From Alphaproteobacteria bacterium (GTDB lineage: Bacteria > Pseudomonadota > Alphaproteobacteria > SP197): a stretch of DNA of 64,000 bases. Shown piece after piece: positions 17,576 through 27,006 of the stretch (its first letter is position 1; each line of letters starts with the position of its first letter). Position numbers and translations under genes: made by a program. The stretch lies in assembly GCA_965200215.1 (NCBI GenBank), contig OZ241369.1, positions 1,387,071 to 1,451,070 of the forward strand, in the 5' to 3' direction. The notes below the pieces were generated by a model. That model was not told the origin of the DNA. It saw nothing but the letters and a program-made list of their open reading frames with translations, and did no database searches.

Positions 17576-18574
17576 TCAGGGCGCGATTTCGGTGTGGATC
17601 GGCCCTTGCGGGAAGAAGGCGCGGAAGGCGAAGGCGAAATCGACCGTGTGGACCACATCCACCGGCCCCGCCTGCGTCATCCGCCGCACCGTGACATTGC
17701 CGACATCGGCCCCGGCGGCGATGCGGCTCCCATCCAGGGCCGAGGCCTGGCCCGGCTCCCAGGCCAGCACCAGATCGCCCGCCCGGACCGTCCCTTCCCG
17801 CCGCAGCAGCGAGAGCGCCCAGGCCTCGCCGCCCACCCGCACGACGCGGGCCAGGGCCGGCAGCTCGGCCGGCAGTTCGCCCCGGAAGAAGCCATAGGGC
17901 GCGCTGCGGCCGTCATAGCCGACATAGGGGTTGGCGCCATAGTCGCGGGCATCCGGCGCGGCAGGCACCAGCACCCGGCCTTCGGGAAAGCGCTGCCTGA
18001 AACGCGCCAGGCTCTCCAGCCTGGCCGGCCAGGGCTCCAGCACCGCGCCCGTCATGGCGCCGGCGATGGCCTCGCCGGTGAACTGCTGCCACCAGCTCTC
18101 GGTCTGGCGGTCGTACATCACCAGGTCGGAATGGCGCAGCTTGCCGGTGGTGCCGAAATCCAGCAGCCGCTCCCCCACCTGGCGCCGGAAGACGATGGCG
18201 GTGTTGCAGAGCGGGCAGAAGGTGACGGTCAGCGCTTCGCCGCCCACCCGATCGTTGACGATCTCGTGCCACATGAGGATTCGCAGCGGATAGGCGCGCG
18301 CCTCGCCGCCGGCCTGGACGGAGACCACCGGCTCGATGCCGGCGATGCCCCGCAGTTCCGAGACGGGCGCGAAGACGGGCGCATCGATGGCCGGGATGCC
18401 ATCCCGGGGCGGGCCGCCGGAGACGATCTCGCCCAGATCCACCGACCGCTTCGAGAAATCCGTCGCCGGCCATTCCAGGCGCCACGTCTCCCAGGCGCCC
18501 GCCGCGGCGGCGGAAAGGGCCGCCGGCAGCAGGACGCAGAGCACGCCCAAAGCCAGGGAGCGGATGAGGGCCAT
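17576..18574 (-). CDS. exported DUF3179 domain protein
   Basis: signal peptide; SGGPPRDGIPAID, AYP...L.WHEIVND, TFCPLC, FGTTGKLR.SDLVMYDRQTESWWQQF.G. Confidence 0.9.
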   Translation of the reverse strand: MALIRSLALGVLCVLLPAALSAAAAGAWETWRLEWPATDFSKRSVDLGEIVSGGPPRDGIPAIDAPVFAPVSELRGIAGIEPVVSVQAGGEARAYPLRILMWHEIVNDRVGGEALTVTFCPLCNTAIVFRRQVGERLLDFGTTGKLRHSDLVMYDRQTESWWQQFTGEAIAGAMTGAVLEPWPARLESLARFRQRFPEGRVLVPAAPDARDYGANPYVGYDGRSAPYGFFRGELPAELPALARVVRVGGEAWALSLLRREGTVRAGDLVLAWEPGQASALDGSRIAAGADVGNVTVRRMTQAGPVDVVHTVDFAFAFRAFFPQGPIHTEIAP

Positions 18575-18641
18575 GGACGGCCTCCTCGTCGCGGCCCCGG
18601 GTAGCGGGCAAGCCTGCAAGAACCAGCCCCGTTCGCCGGGG

Positions 18642-18718
18642 TGGTCGGAGTGGGAGGATTTGAACCTCCGGCCCCTGCCTCCCGAAGACAGTGCTCTACC
18701 GGGCTGAGCTACACTCCG
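18642..18718 (-). tRNA. tRNA-Pro(CGG)
   Basis: reverse complement reads CGGAGTG...CTGTC-TTCGGGA-GGCAG...GTTCAAATC...CACTCCGACCA. Confidence 0.97.
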
Positions 18719-18776
18719 GCGCCTGCGGCGGGCGGCTTATAGCGCCCGCCGGGGCGGCTCGCAACCCGCGGGCGCG

Positions 18777-19802
18777 TCAGAAGGCGCGCTCGACGCAGAA
18801 GCCCACCAGCTCCTCCAGCCCGGCGCGCCAGGGGTTGGGCGGGAAAGCCGCCAGCGCCGCGCTGGCCTCCGCCCCCTGGCGGCGGGCTTCGGCCATGCAA
18901 TCGGCCAGCGCCCCGGTCTCGGCGAGCAGCGTCGTCGCCCGTTCCAGGTCGCCCTCCCGCTGGCTTCCCTCCTTCAGCGTCCGCCGCCAGAAGGCGCGCT
19001 CCGCCTCGCCGGCCCGCGCGAAGGCCAGCGCCACCGGCAGGGTGATCTTGCCGCCGCGGAAGTCGTCGCCCACCGTCTTGCCCAGCTCGGCCTCGCGGGC
19101 GGCATAGTCCAGCGCATCGTCGGCCAGCTGGAAGGCGGTGCCGAGCTTCAGCCCGTAGCGGCAGAGCGCGGCCCTTTCCTTCGCCACGTCGCGATCCTCG
19201 CCGGCGGCCACGGCGCCGACCTCGGCCGCGGCCGCGAACAGTCTCGCCGTCTTGGCCTCGATCACCTCCAGATGGGCGTCCAGCCCCGCCTCCAGATCGT
19301 CGGCGATCGCCAGCTGGCGCACCTCGCCTTCGGCGATGGCCGCGGCCGCCGAGGCCAGGATGGCCAGCACCTCGATGCGCCCGTCGCCCACCATCAGCTG
19401 GAAGGAGCGGCCGAACAGGAAATCGCCCACCAGCACGGCGGCCTTGTTGCCCCACAGGGCATTGGCCGTCGCCCGCCCGCGCCGCAGCGCGCTGTCGTCC
19501 ACCACGTCGTCGTGCAGCAGCGTCGCGGTGTGGATGAACTCCACCGCCGCCGCCAGATCGATATGGCGCCGGCCCTCATAGCCCATCATGCGCGCGGAGG
19601 CGACGGTGAGCACGGCGCGCAGGCGCTTGCCGCCCGAGGCCAGCAGATGGCCGGCCAGCTCGCCGATCAGCGCCACCGGGCTTTCCAGGCGCTGGGCGAG
19701 GGTGCGGTCCACCCGCTCGAGATCGGCGGCGGCGAGCGTCCGCAGCCGCTCGAAGGAGCGGCGGGCGGCAGCGCGGGCGGGCTGTTCGGCTGAGGACGGC
19801 AT
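18777..19802 (-). CDS. ispB: long-chain polyprenyl diphosphate synthase
   Basis: GGKRLR, EFIHTATLLHDDVVD...RRG, VLVGD, KTA.LF, FQLADD.LDY, GK..GDD; start approximate. Confidence 0.93.
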   Translation of the reverse strand: MPSSAEQPARAAARRSFERLRTLAAADLERVDRTLAQRLESPVALIGELAGHLLASGGKRLRAVLTVASARMMGYEGRRHIDLAAAVEFIHTATLLHDDVVDDSALRRGRATANALWGNKAAVLVGDFLFGRSFQLMVGDGRIEVLAILASAAAAIAEGEVRQLAIADDLEAGLDAHLEVIEAKTARLFAAAAEVGAVAAGEDRDVAKERAALCRYGLKLGTAFQLADDALDYAAREAELGKTVGDDFRGGKITLPVALAFARAGEAERAFWRRTLKEGSQREGDLERATTLLAETGALADCMAEARRQGAEASAALAAFPPNPWRAGLEELVGFCVERAF

Positions 19803-19888
19803 GGCGGTTCCAGCCGGGCTTAGCACGAAACGCGCCCGACCGCGCGCATTGCGGCGACCGGCTTCGGGGCTTGCGCGGCGCCGCCGGG

Positions 19889-19905
19889 GTGTTATACCAT
19901 AACAC
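19889..19905. promoter_or_regulatory. Zur box
   Basis: perfect inverted repeat GTGTTAT-ACC-ATAACAC, matching the TGTTAT-N3-ATAACA Zur consensus, 22 bp upstream of zur. Confidence 0.88.
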
Positions 19906-19927
19906 AACTTGGCTGGAGGCCACGCCC

Positions 19928-20335
19928 ATGCCGCCACCCGACGACCTGCCCAGAAACGCGGTGCTGGTGCTGGACTTTCTGCTCGCCCACGGGCGTCCGG
20001 CTTCCGCCTATCGCATCCTCGACGCCCTGAGGCCACGGGGTATCGCCGCCCCGCCCACCGTCTATCGCGCGCTCGACCGGCTGCTGGCGCGCGGCCTGGT
20101 GCACCGGGTCGAATCGCTCAACGCCTTCGTCGCCTGCGCCCAGCCCGACCACGGCGAGGACAACGGCTTCGCCATCTGCGGCGATTGCGGCCGGGTGGCC
20201 GAATTCTCCGGGCGGGCGGTGCATCGGGCACTGGGCGCGATCGCCGCCGCACAGGGCTTCGAGCTCGCCCATGCCACCATCGAGCTCGCCGGGCGCTGCG
20301 CCGCCTGCCGCGGCGGGGAGGCGTGCCATGGCTGA
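19928..20335 (+). CDS. zur: Fur-family zinc uptake regulator
   Basis: SAY..LD, APPTVYRALD, LVHRVESLNAFVAC, C..CG.V.E, G.C..C; heads a Zn ABC operon. Confidence 0.92.
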   Translation: MPPPDDLPRNAVLVLDFLLAHGRPASAYRILDALRPRGIAAPPTVYRALDRLLARGLVHRVESLNAFVACAQPDHGEDNGFAICGDCGRVAEFSGRAVHRALGAIAAAQGFELAHATIELAGRCAACRGGEACHG

Positions 20336-20438
20336 GCGCCCTCTTTCGGCCGTCGCCATGGGCAGCGTCCGGCGGCTGGCCTTCGTTCTGGTGCTTCTGG
20401 TGCCGCTGTGGCTGCTGGTGTGGTGGGCGTTGTCGTGA
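20328..20438 (+). CDS. 36-aa single-pass membrane protein (not in ORF track)
   Basis: MAERPLSAVAMGSVRRLAFVLVLLVPLWLLVWWALS; GGGGAGG RBS, overlaps the zur stop, GTGA overlap with the next gene. Confidence 0.7.
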   Translation: MAERPLSAVAMGSVRRLAFVLVLLVPLWLLVWWALS

Positions 20439-21175
20439 GCGCGGCGCTTTCCTTTCGCGACGTCACGCTGGGCTACGAACACCGCCCGGCCGTCCACCAC
20501 CTGACGGGGGCCGTGGCGCCGGGGGAGCTGCTGGCCGTGGTCGGCCCCAATGGCGCCGGAAAATCCACCCTGCTGAAGGGCGCGGTGGGGGAGATCGAGC
20601 CCTTTTCCGGCGCCATCGAGCGCGGCGGCGGCGAGATCGCCTATCTGCCGCAACAGGCCGGCCTCGACCGCTCCTTTCCCCTCACCGTCTTCGATCTGGT
20701 TGCCATGGGCCGCTGGGGCACCGTCGGCGCCTTCGCCCCGCTCACGGGCGCCTGCCACGGCTGCATCGAAGCGGCGCTGGGCCATGTCGGCCTGGAAGGC
20801 TTCGGCGCGCGCGCCATCGCCACCTTGTCCCGGGGCCAGTTCCAGCGCGCCCTGTTCGCAAGGCTGCTGGTGCAGGACGCGCCGCTCATCCTCCTGGACG
20901 AACCCTTCACCGCCCTCGACCGGGCGACCGAAGAGGCGCTGGCCGCCATCCTCCGCGTCTGGCACGGCGAAGGCCGCACCGTGGTGGTGGTGCTGCACGA
21001 TCTGGCGCAGGTGCGGGCCTTCTTCCCGCGCACGCTGCTGCTGGCGCGCACGGCCATCGCCTGGGGGCCGACGAGGGACGCGCTGGCCCGCGACAACCTC
21101 GCCGCCGCCGGCGCCCTGGCCGAGGCCTGGGACGACGCCGCTCCCCGTTGCGCGCCCGAGGAGATGGCGGCGTGA
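20435..21175 (+). CDS. Zn/Mn ABC transporter ATP-binding protein (AztA/ZnuC-like)
   Basis: GPNGAGKS, AYLPQ, LSRGQFQR, LLDEPF, LHD. Confidence 0.93.
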   Translation: MSAALSFRDVTLGYEHRPAVHHLTGAVAPGELLAVVGPNGAGKSTLLKGAVGEIEPFSGAIERGGGEIAYLPQQAGLDRSFPLTVFDLVAMGRWGTVGAFAPLTGACHGCIEAALGHVGLEGFGARAIATLSRGQFQRALFARLLVQDAPLILLDEPFTALDRATEEALAAILRVWHGEGRTVVVVLHDLAQVRAFFPRTLLLARTAIAWGPTRDALARDNLAAAGALAEAWDDAAPRCAPEEMAA

Positions 21176-22044
21176 TCTGGGAGGCGCTGGTCCAGCCTTT
21201 CGTGGAGTTCGCCTTCATGCGCCGCGCGCTGGCGGGTTCGCTCGCCGTCGCCCTGGCGGCGGCACCGGTGGGGGTTTTCCTCACGCTGCGGCGCATGAGC
21301 ATGACGGGCGACGCCATCGCCCACGCCGTGCTGCCGGGGGTGGCGACCGCCTATCTGCTGGCCGGCCTTTCCCTCTATGCGATGACCCTGGGCGGCCTCG
21401 TCACCGGGCTGGCGGTCGCCGGGCTGGCCGGCGTGGCGTCGCGGGCGACGGTGCAGCACGAGGATGCCAGCCTCGCTTCCTTCCATCTGCTGGCGCTGGC
21501 GCTGGGCGTCGTCATCGTCTCGCTGAGCGGCAGCCGGGTGGACCTCGTCCACGTCCTCTTCGGCAGCGTGCTGGCGCTGGGCGACGATGCCGTGCTGATG
21601 CTCGCCGCCGTCGCCAGCGCCACCGTGCTGGGGCTGGCGCTGGTCTATCGTCCGCTGGTGCTGGAATGCGTCGATCCCGCCTTCCTGAAGACGGTCGGCA
21701 AGCGAGCGGGCGGGCGGGTCCACCACCTTTTCCTGGCCCTGATGGTGCTGGTTCTGGTGGCGGGTTTCCACGCCCTGGGCACGCTCATGGCGGTGGGCAT
21801 CATGATTCTGCCGGCGGCCGCCGCCCGCTTCTGGGCCAGGGACATCGACCGCATGATCGCGGTGGCGGTCGGCGCGGCGCTTCTCCCGGTCCCGGCCGGG
21901 CTGCTGGCCTCCTTCCATGTCGATATCCCCTCCGGCCCGGCCATCGTGCTGGCGGCCGGAGCGATCTACTTGCTGTCCATGGTTCTGGGCCCCCATGGCA
22001 GCCTGCGCTCGCTGACGACGCCGTCCTGGCATTACCGAGCATAG
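21172..22044 (+). CDS. Zn/Mn ABC transporter permease (AztB/ZnuB-like)
   Basis: FMRRAL, LRRMSM.GDAIAHAVLPG, H.LFGSVL, PAAAA; GTGA overlap. Confidence 0.93.
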   Translation: MIWEALVQPFVEFAFMRRALAGSLAVALAAAPVGVFLTLRRMSMTGDAIAHAVLPGVATAYLLAGLSLYAMTLGGLVTGLAVAGLAGVASRATVQHEDASLASFHLLALALGVVIVSLSGSRVDLVHVLFGSVLALGDDAVLMLAAVASATVLGLALVYRPLVLECVDPAFLKTVGKRAGGRVHHLFLALMVLVLVAGFHALGTLMAVGIMILPAAAARFWARDIDRMIAVAVGAALLPVPAGLLASFHVDIPSGPAIVLAAGAIYLLSMVLGPHGSLRSLTTPSWHYRA

Positions 22045-22059
22045 GGAGCAAACCAAGCC

Positions 22060-23094
22060 ATGACCTCCTCCGCACGCCGCCTCGCCGCTGCCATCGCCGC
22101 CGTCTTCCTGGCGGCCGCTCCGGGGGCCCGCGCCGCGCCCCTGGACGTGGTCGCGAGCTTCAGCATCCTCGCCGACATGGTGCGCGAGATCGGCGGCGAA
22201 AGGGTGCAGGTGACGGCGCTGGTCGGCCCCGACGAGGACAGCCATGCCTTCGTGCCGCGCCCTTCTCACGCCCGCCTGGTGGCGGAGGCCGACCTGGTGG
22301 TCGTGAACGGGCTGGGTTTCGAGGGCTGGATCGACCGTCTGGTCGCCGCTTCCGCGTCCGCTGCCACCATCGTCGTCGCGACCGCCACCATCGAGACCGG
22401 CGACGACCACGATGACGACGGACACAGCGACCACGGTGGCAACGGCCATGGCGACCATGATGACCACGGCCACGACGGCAACGGCCATAACGACCACAGC
22501 GACCACGATGACAACGGCCATAATGGCCACGATGACCACGGCCACGATCACCACGGCGTCGATCCCCATCTCTGGCAGGACGCGGCCCATGCCCGGGCCT
22601 ATGTCGGCACCGTCGCCGCCGCGCTCGCCGCTGCCGACCCCGAAGGGCGCGCCCTCTACGAGGCCAATGCCCGGCGCTACGATGCCGTGCTGGCCGCCCT
22701 TGATCGCGAGATCCGCGAGGCCCTGGCGGACATACCTTCGGAACGCCGCCAGGTGCTGACCCCCCACGACGCCTTCGGCCATTTCGAACGGGCCTACGGC
22801 ATCGTCTTCCTGGCCCCGCAAGGCCTCTCCACCGTCGACGAGCCGTCCGCCGCCGAGACCGCCGCCCTCGCCCGCCAGCTGCGCGAAGGGCGCATCGCCG
22901 CCGTCTTCTACGAGAACATAGCCGACAACAGGCCGGTCGAACGCATCGCCGCCGAGGCCGGCATCGCCGTCGCCGGCACGCTCTATACCGACGCGCTTTC
23001 GGGGCCGGACGGGCCGGCGGCGAGCTATGTCGCCATGATGCGCCACAACGCCTCCGTGCTGCGGGAGGCGTTGCTGCCGTCTCCGGCACCGTGA
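22060..23094 (+). CDS. Zn ABC transporter substrate-binding protein (AztC/ZnuA-like) with a His/Asp-rich loop
   Basis: VVASFSIL.D, D.H, NGLGFEGW, DPHLW, HDAF, LYTDALS; about 16 His in a loop at 22399-22557. Confidence 0.94.
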   Translation: MTSSARRLAAAIAAVFLAAAPGARAAPLDVVASFSILADMVREIGGERVQVTALVGPDEDSHAFVPRPSHARLVAEADLVVVNGLGFEGWIDRLVAASASAATIVVATATIETGDDHDDDGHSDHGGNGHGDHDDHGHDGNGHNDHSDHDDNGHNGHDDHGHDHHGVDPHLWQDAAHARAYVGTVAAALAAADPEGRALYEANARRYDAVLAALDREIREALADIPSERRQVLTPHDAFGHFERAYGIVFLAPQGLSTVDEPSAAETAALARQLREGRIAAVFYENIADNRPVERIAAEAGIAVAGTLYTDALSGPDGPAASYVAMMRHNASVLREALLPSPAP

Positions 23095-23218
23095 TGGCGG
23101 CCGCCTGCCTTCCCCTGCGGCGGCTCCGTTCCAGGCTGTGGAAGGGTTCGTGAGCGATCCCATTGACAGCGCCCATGCGGGCGCCTTCCCATGGCGCGCC
23201 ATCGCCCGCGAGGCCGCC

Positions 23219-24466
23219 ATGAACGACCTTTCCATCGAGAGCACGCGCCTGGCGCGGGACACGCCCGGCATCGCCCAGCACGACGCCGAACCGCAGATCG
23301 ACATCGTCCGCATGCGCGCCTGGCGCCTGGGCCGCGTGCAGGCCATGCTGCGGCAGCGGCAGCTGGCCGGCGTGCTGCTCTACGATCCCATCAACGTTCG
23401 CTACGCCACCGGTTCCAGCAACATGCAGGTGTGGATCCTGCACAACCAGCACCGCTATTGCTGGGTGCCGGCGGATGGCAGGGCGGTGCTGTTCGATTAT
23501 CCGCCCGCCGTGCATCTGGCCCGCCATCTGGAGACCATAGGCGACATCCGCCCCGCCCGCGTGTGGACCTATTTCAGCGCCGGCGACGACTACGACCGCG
23601 AGGTGGCGTTGTGGGCCGACGAGCTGGCCGACGTGGTGCGGGAGACGGCGAACGGCGCGCGCATCGCCGCCGACCATCTCGACCCGCTGGGCGCCCGCGC
23701 CCTGGAAGCGCGCGGCCTTTCCATCCACAACGGCCAGGAGGTGATGGAACGGGCGCGGGCCACCAAATCGACGGACGAGATCCAGGCCATGCTGATCTCG
23801 ATCTCGGTCTGCGAGGCCGGCATGGCGAAGATGTACGAGGAGCTGCGGGCCGGCATCACCGAAAACCAGCTGTGGTCCCATCTCCACCAGGTCAACATCG
23901 CCATGGGCGGCGAGTGGATCGAAACCCGCCTGCTGTCGTCGGGCGGGCGCACCAATCCGTGGTTTCGCGAATGCAGCGACCGCATCGTCCGCGCCGGCGA
24001 GCTGGTGGCCTTCGACACCGATCTGATCGGCCCCTTCGGCTATTGCTCCGATATCAGCCGCACCTGGTTCTGCGGCCCCGGCAAGCCCTCCGCCGAACAG
24101 AAGCGGCTCTATGCCTATGCCCACGAGCAGGTGGAGACCAACATCGCCGAATTCCGCCCCGGCCGCAGCTTCCGCGACGTGGCCGCGAGCTCCTGGCGGG
24201 TGCCCAACGAGTTCATGGCGCGGCGCTACGGCTCCGTGGCCCATGGCGTCGGCCTGGCCGACGAATGGCCCCATTTCACCTTCTCCGACCGGGCCGACGA
24301 AGCCATACCGGGCGAGATCGAGGCCGGCATGACGCTGTGCGTGGAGAGCTATATCGGCGCCGAGGACGGCAACGAGGGCGTGAAGCTGGAAGAGCAGATC
24401 CTGGTGACCGAGAACGGCCCGCAGCGCCTTTCCACCTTTCCCTTCGAAGACTGCCTGCTGAACTGA
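23219..24466 (+). CDS. M24 metallopeptidase-fold protein, DMSP lyase DddP-like (copy 1)
   Basis: DP.N.RYAT...NMQ.W..HN, GGEWIETRLL.SG.RTNPWF.E, FDTD, DISR, HGVGLADEWP, CVE, KLE. Confidence 0.85.
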   Translation: MNDLSIESTRLARDTPGIAQHDAEPQIDIVRMRAWRLGRVQAMLRQRQLAGVLLYDPINVRYATGSSNMQVWILHNQHRYCWVPADGRAVLFDYPPAVHLARHLETIGDIRPARVWTYFSAGDDYDREVALWADELADVVRETANGARIAADHLDPLGARALEARGLSIHNGQEVMERARATKSTDEIQAMLISISVCEAGMAKMYEELRAGITENQLWSHLHQVNIAMGGEWIETRLLSSGGRTNPWFRECSDRIVRAGELVAFDTDLIGPFGYCSDISRTWFCGPGKPSAEQKRLYAYAHEQVETNIAEFRPGRSFRDVAASSWRVPNEFMARRYGSVAHGVGLADEWPHFTFSDRADEAIPGEIEAGMTLCVESYIGAEDGNEGVKLEEQILVTENGPQRLSTFPFEDCLLN

Positions 24467-24474
24467 GGACGCCC

Positions 24475-25722
24475 GTGGACCATCCTGCGCCGCACGGCAT
24501 CCGCCTGGCCCGCAACGCGCCCGGCATCGCCCAGCACGACGCCGAACCGCAGATCGACGTCGTCCGCATGCGCGCTTGGCGCCTGGGCCGCATCCAGGAA
24601 CAGCTGAAGCGCCTGCATCTGGGCGGCATCGTCCTCTACGACCCGGTCAACATCCGCTATGCCACCGGTTCCAGCAACATGCAGCTGTGGTTCACCCACA
24701 ACCCCATCCGCTATTGCTGGGTGCCGGCCGAGGGCAAGGCGGTGCTGTTCGACTACGACAAGTCGATGCATCTCTACCGTCATCTGGAAACCGTGGCCGA
24801 GGTGCGCCCGGCCATCGGCTATATCTACATGACCGCCTCCGAGCGCATCGAGGAGCGGGTGGCAGAATGGGCGGCCGATATCGACGAGGTCATGCGCGCC
24901 TCCCATGCCGGGCGGCAGATCGCCGCCGACCGGCTCGATTTCGAGGGCGCCAACGCGCTCCAGGCCATGGGCTACACGCTGGCCAGCGGCACCCGCGTCA
25001 CGGAGCTGGCCCGCGTGGTCAAGTCGGCAGACGAGATCGCGGCGATGTCGGTGGCGATCTCGGTCTGCGAGGCCGGCATGGCGAAGATGTATGAACAATT
25101 GCGCCCCGGCATCAGCGAGATCGAGCTGTGGTCGCATCTCCACAGCGTCAACATCGAGCATGGCGGCGAGTGGATCGAAACCCGCCTGCTGACCTCCGGC
25201 GGGCGCACCAATCCCTGGTTTCGCGAGGCCTCCAGCCGCCTCATCCGGGCCGGCGAGCTGGTGGCCTTCGACACCGATCTGGTCGGCCCCTTCGGCTATT
25301 GCGCCGACATCAGCCGCACCTGGTTCTGCGGCCCCGGCCGGCCCTCCGCCGAACAGAAGCGGCTCTATGCCTATGCCTGCGAGCAGGTGGAGCACAACAT
25401 CGCGCTGCTGCGCCCGGGCATGAGCTTCGTCGAAGCGGCCGAGAAGTCGTGGCCGGTGCCCGACGAGTTCCGCGCCCGGCGCTACGGCATCGCCGCCCAC
25501 GGCGTCGGCCTGGTGGACGAATACCCCACCATCTCCTTTTCCGACACGGCGCATCGTTCCTCCACCGGCGTGCTGGAGGCGGGCATGACGCTGTGCGTCG
25601 AAAGCTATATCGGCGCCGAAGACGGCAACGAGGGCGTGAAGCTGGAGGAACAGGTGCTGATCGCGGAAAACGGCGCCCAGCGACTCTCCACCTTCCCCTG
25701 GGAGGAGGCGCTGCTGGCCTGA
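24475..25722 (+). CDS. M24 metallopeptidase-fold protein, DddP-like (copy 2)
   Basis: same motifs (HGVGLVDEYP); GTG start after GAGGA; same length as copy 1 (1248 nt). Confidence 0.85.
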   Translation: MDHPAPHGIRLARNAPGIAQHDAEPQIDVVRMRAWRLGRIQEQLKRLHLGGIVLYDPVNIRYATGSSNMQLWFTHNPIRYCWVPAEGKAVLFDYDKSMHLYRHLETVAEVRPAIGYIYMTASERIEERVAEWAADIDEVMRASHAGRQIAADRLDFEGANALQAMGYTLASGTRVTELARVVKSADEIAAMSVAISVCEAGMAKMYEQLRPGISEIELWSHLHSVNIEHGGEWIETRLLTSGGRTNPWFREASSRLIRAGELVAFDTDLVGPFGYCADISRTWFCGPGRPSAEQKRLYAYACEQVEHNIALLRPGMSFVEAAEKSWPVPDEFRARRYGIAAHGVGLVDEYPTISFSDTAHRSSTGVLEAGMTLCVESYIGAEDGNEGVKLEEQVLIAENGAQRLSTFPWEEALLA

Positions 25723-25789
25723 GGCCGCCGCCCGCCGCGCCTCACCCCTTCCCCGCCTCTGCCGTCGCCGCCGCCAATGTCGCCCCCCG

Positions 25790-26590
25790 TCACGCCAGGC
25801 GCGGATAGCCCAGGGCGGCCGCCTCGCGTTCCATGGCGGCGATGGGGCGCCAGGCTTCCGGTGCCAGCAGGGTGAAGCCGGCGATGCGCAGCCTTCGCCT
25901 GATTCCGGCCAGCGCCGGGTCGGCCGCCGCCTCCAGCAGCGCCAGCCGCATGGCCTCGACCTCGTCGGCCCCGCGCCCGGCGGCGGTGACATAGGGAAGA
26001 TTGGGCGCATAGGCCGTCGCCGCCAGCACGCGCAGGCCGGCCAGCGCCTCGGGCATGGCGTCGGCCAGCAGCGCGTGGAGGACGCCGTCGATGGCGCAGG
26101 CATCCGCCTCGCCCGCCGCCACCATGGCGAGCGAGGCCAGATGGCTGCCGCTCTCGATCGCCCCGGCGAAGAAGCGCCCGTCCCTGGCCAGGGGCGCCAC
26201 GGCCGCCCGCAGCGCATTGCAGCCCGAATGCGAATCGAAGCCGTTGACCGCCACCCGCGCTCCCCGCAGCCCCTCGATCCCGTCCGCCGGGGCGCCCTCG
26301 CGCACCATCACCAGGCTGCAATAGTCCGGCCCCCGGCACCAGGGCGCGTCGTAGAAGGGCGCCGCCAGCGGTCGCAGCCGGTCGGCGAAGGCGAAGACCA
26401 GCGGATAGCCGCAGCTCTGCGAAAGCAGGAGGTCGCCCGCCGCCCAGTGGGCATAGCGGTCGCCGCGATCCAGCGTCTCCGGCACGCCCGCCAGGCCCTG
26501 GCGCCGGAAGGCCGCCGCCAGCGCCTGCCACCAGGCGTCGGTGGCGTCGCGAAGCGGCGCCAGGTCATACATGGGCAGGCTGGCAATCAC
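25790..26590 (-). CDS. PhnD/SsuA/transferrin-fold substrate-binding-like protein without a signal peptide
   Basis: IASLPMYD, LLLSQSCGYP, AVN..DS.SG, SGSH..S...V..G.AD..AID. Confidence 0.8.
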   Translation of the reverse strand: MIASLPMYDLAPLRDATDAWWQALAAAFRRQGLAGVPETLDRGDRYAHWAAGDLLLSQSCGYPLVFAFADRLRPLAAPFYDAPWCRGPDYCSLVMVREGAPADGIEGLRGARVAVNGFDSHSGCNALRAAVAPLARDGRFFAGAIESGSHLASLAMVAAGEADACAIDGVLHALLADAMPEALAGLRVLAATAYAPNLPYVTAAGRGADEVEAMRLALLEAAADPALAGIRRRLRIAGFTLLAPEAWRPIAAMEREAAALGYPRLA

Positions 26591-27006
26591 GGCTGGCCCC
26601 GGGCGCCCATGCTGCCCGCGAACTGGCGGGCGCCGCCGGCGATCTCATACCAGTCCGCCTTGTCGCCGGTATGGATGTGGGCGATGAGCGCCAGCCCCGA
26701 GGGCTGGTCCAGCGCGCCCGCCGCCACCGCGATGCGCTGGTCGTCGGTGGGCTGCCAGAACAGGGTGGCCCCGCAATGGCGGCAGAAGCCGCGCCGGGCC
26801 CGCCGGGAGGAGGCGAACCAGGCCAGCCCGCCCCGCCGCTCGAAGGTCAGCTGCTCGGGGGCGCAGGCGCTGAAGGCGGCGAAATTGCCACCCGAACGCC
26901 GGCACTGGCCGCAATGGCAGGCGACGACGCCGCGCATGGGACCCTCGATGCGGAAGCGGACGGCACCGCACAGGCAGCCTCCGTGGCGGCGTTCGCTGGC
27001 AGTCAT
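26587..27006 (-). CDS. GFA / CENP-V family Zn protein
   Basis: GGCLCGAVR, CHC.QCRR, R.FC..CG; start MTASERRH after GGAGG. Confidence 0.92.
   Translation of the reverse strand: MTASERRHGGCLCGAVRFRIEGPMRGVVACHCGQCRRSGGNFAAFSACAPEQLTFERRGGLAWFASSRRARRGFCRHCGATLFWQPTDDQRIAVAAGALDQPSGLALIAHIHTGDKADWYEIAGGARQFAGSMGARGQP

Noticed and set aside
14643-18718. Integrative element between tRNA-Phe and tRNA-Pro
   Set aside because: No integrase, no duplicated tRNA 3' end, and mostly host-like composition.
22399-22557. His/Asp-rich low-complexity repeat
   Set aside because: A known feature of ZnuA/AztC-type binding proteins; long but not novel.
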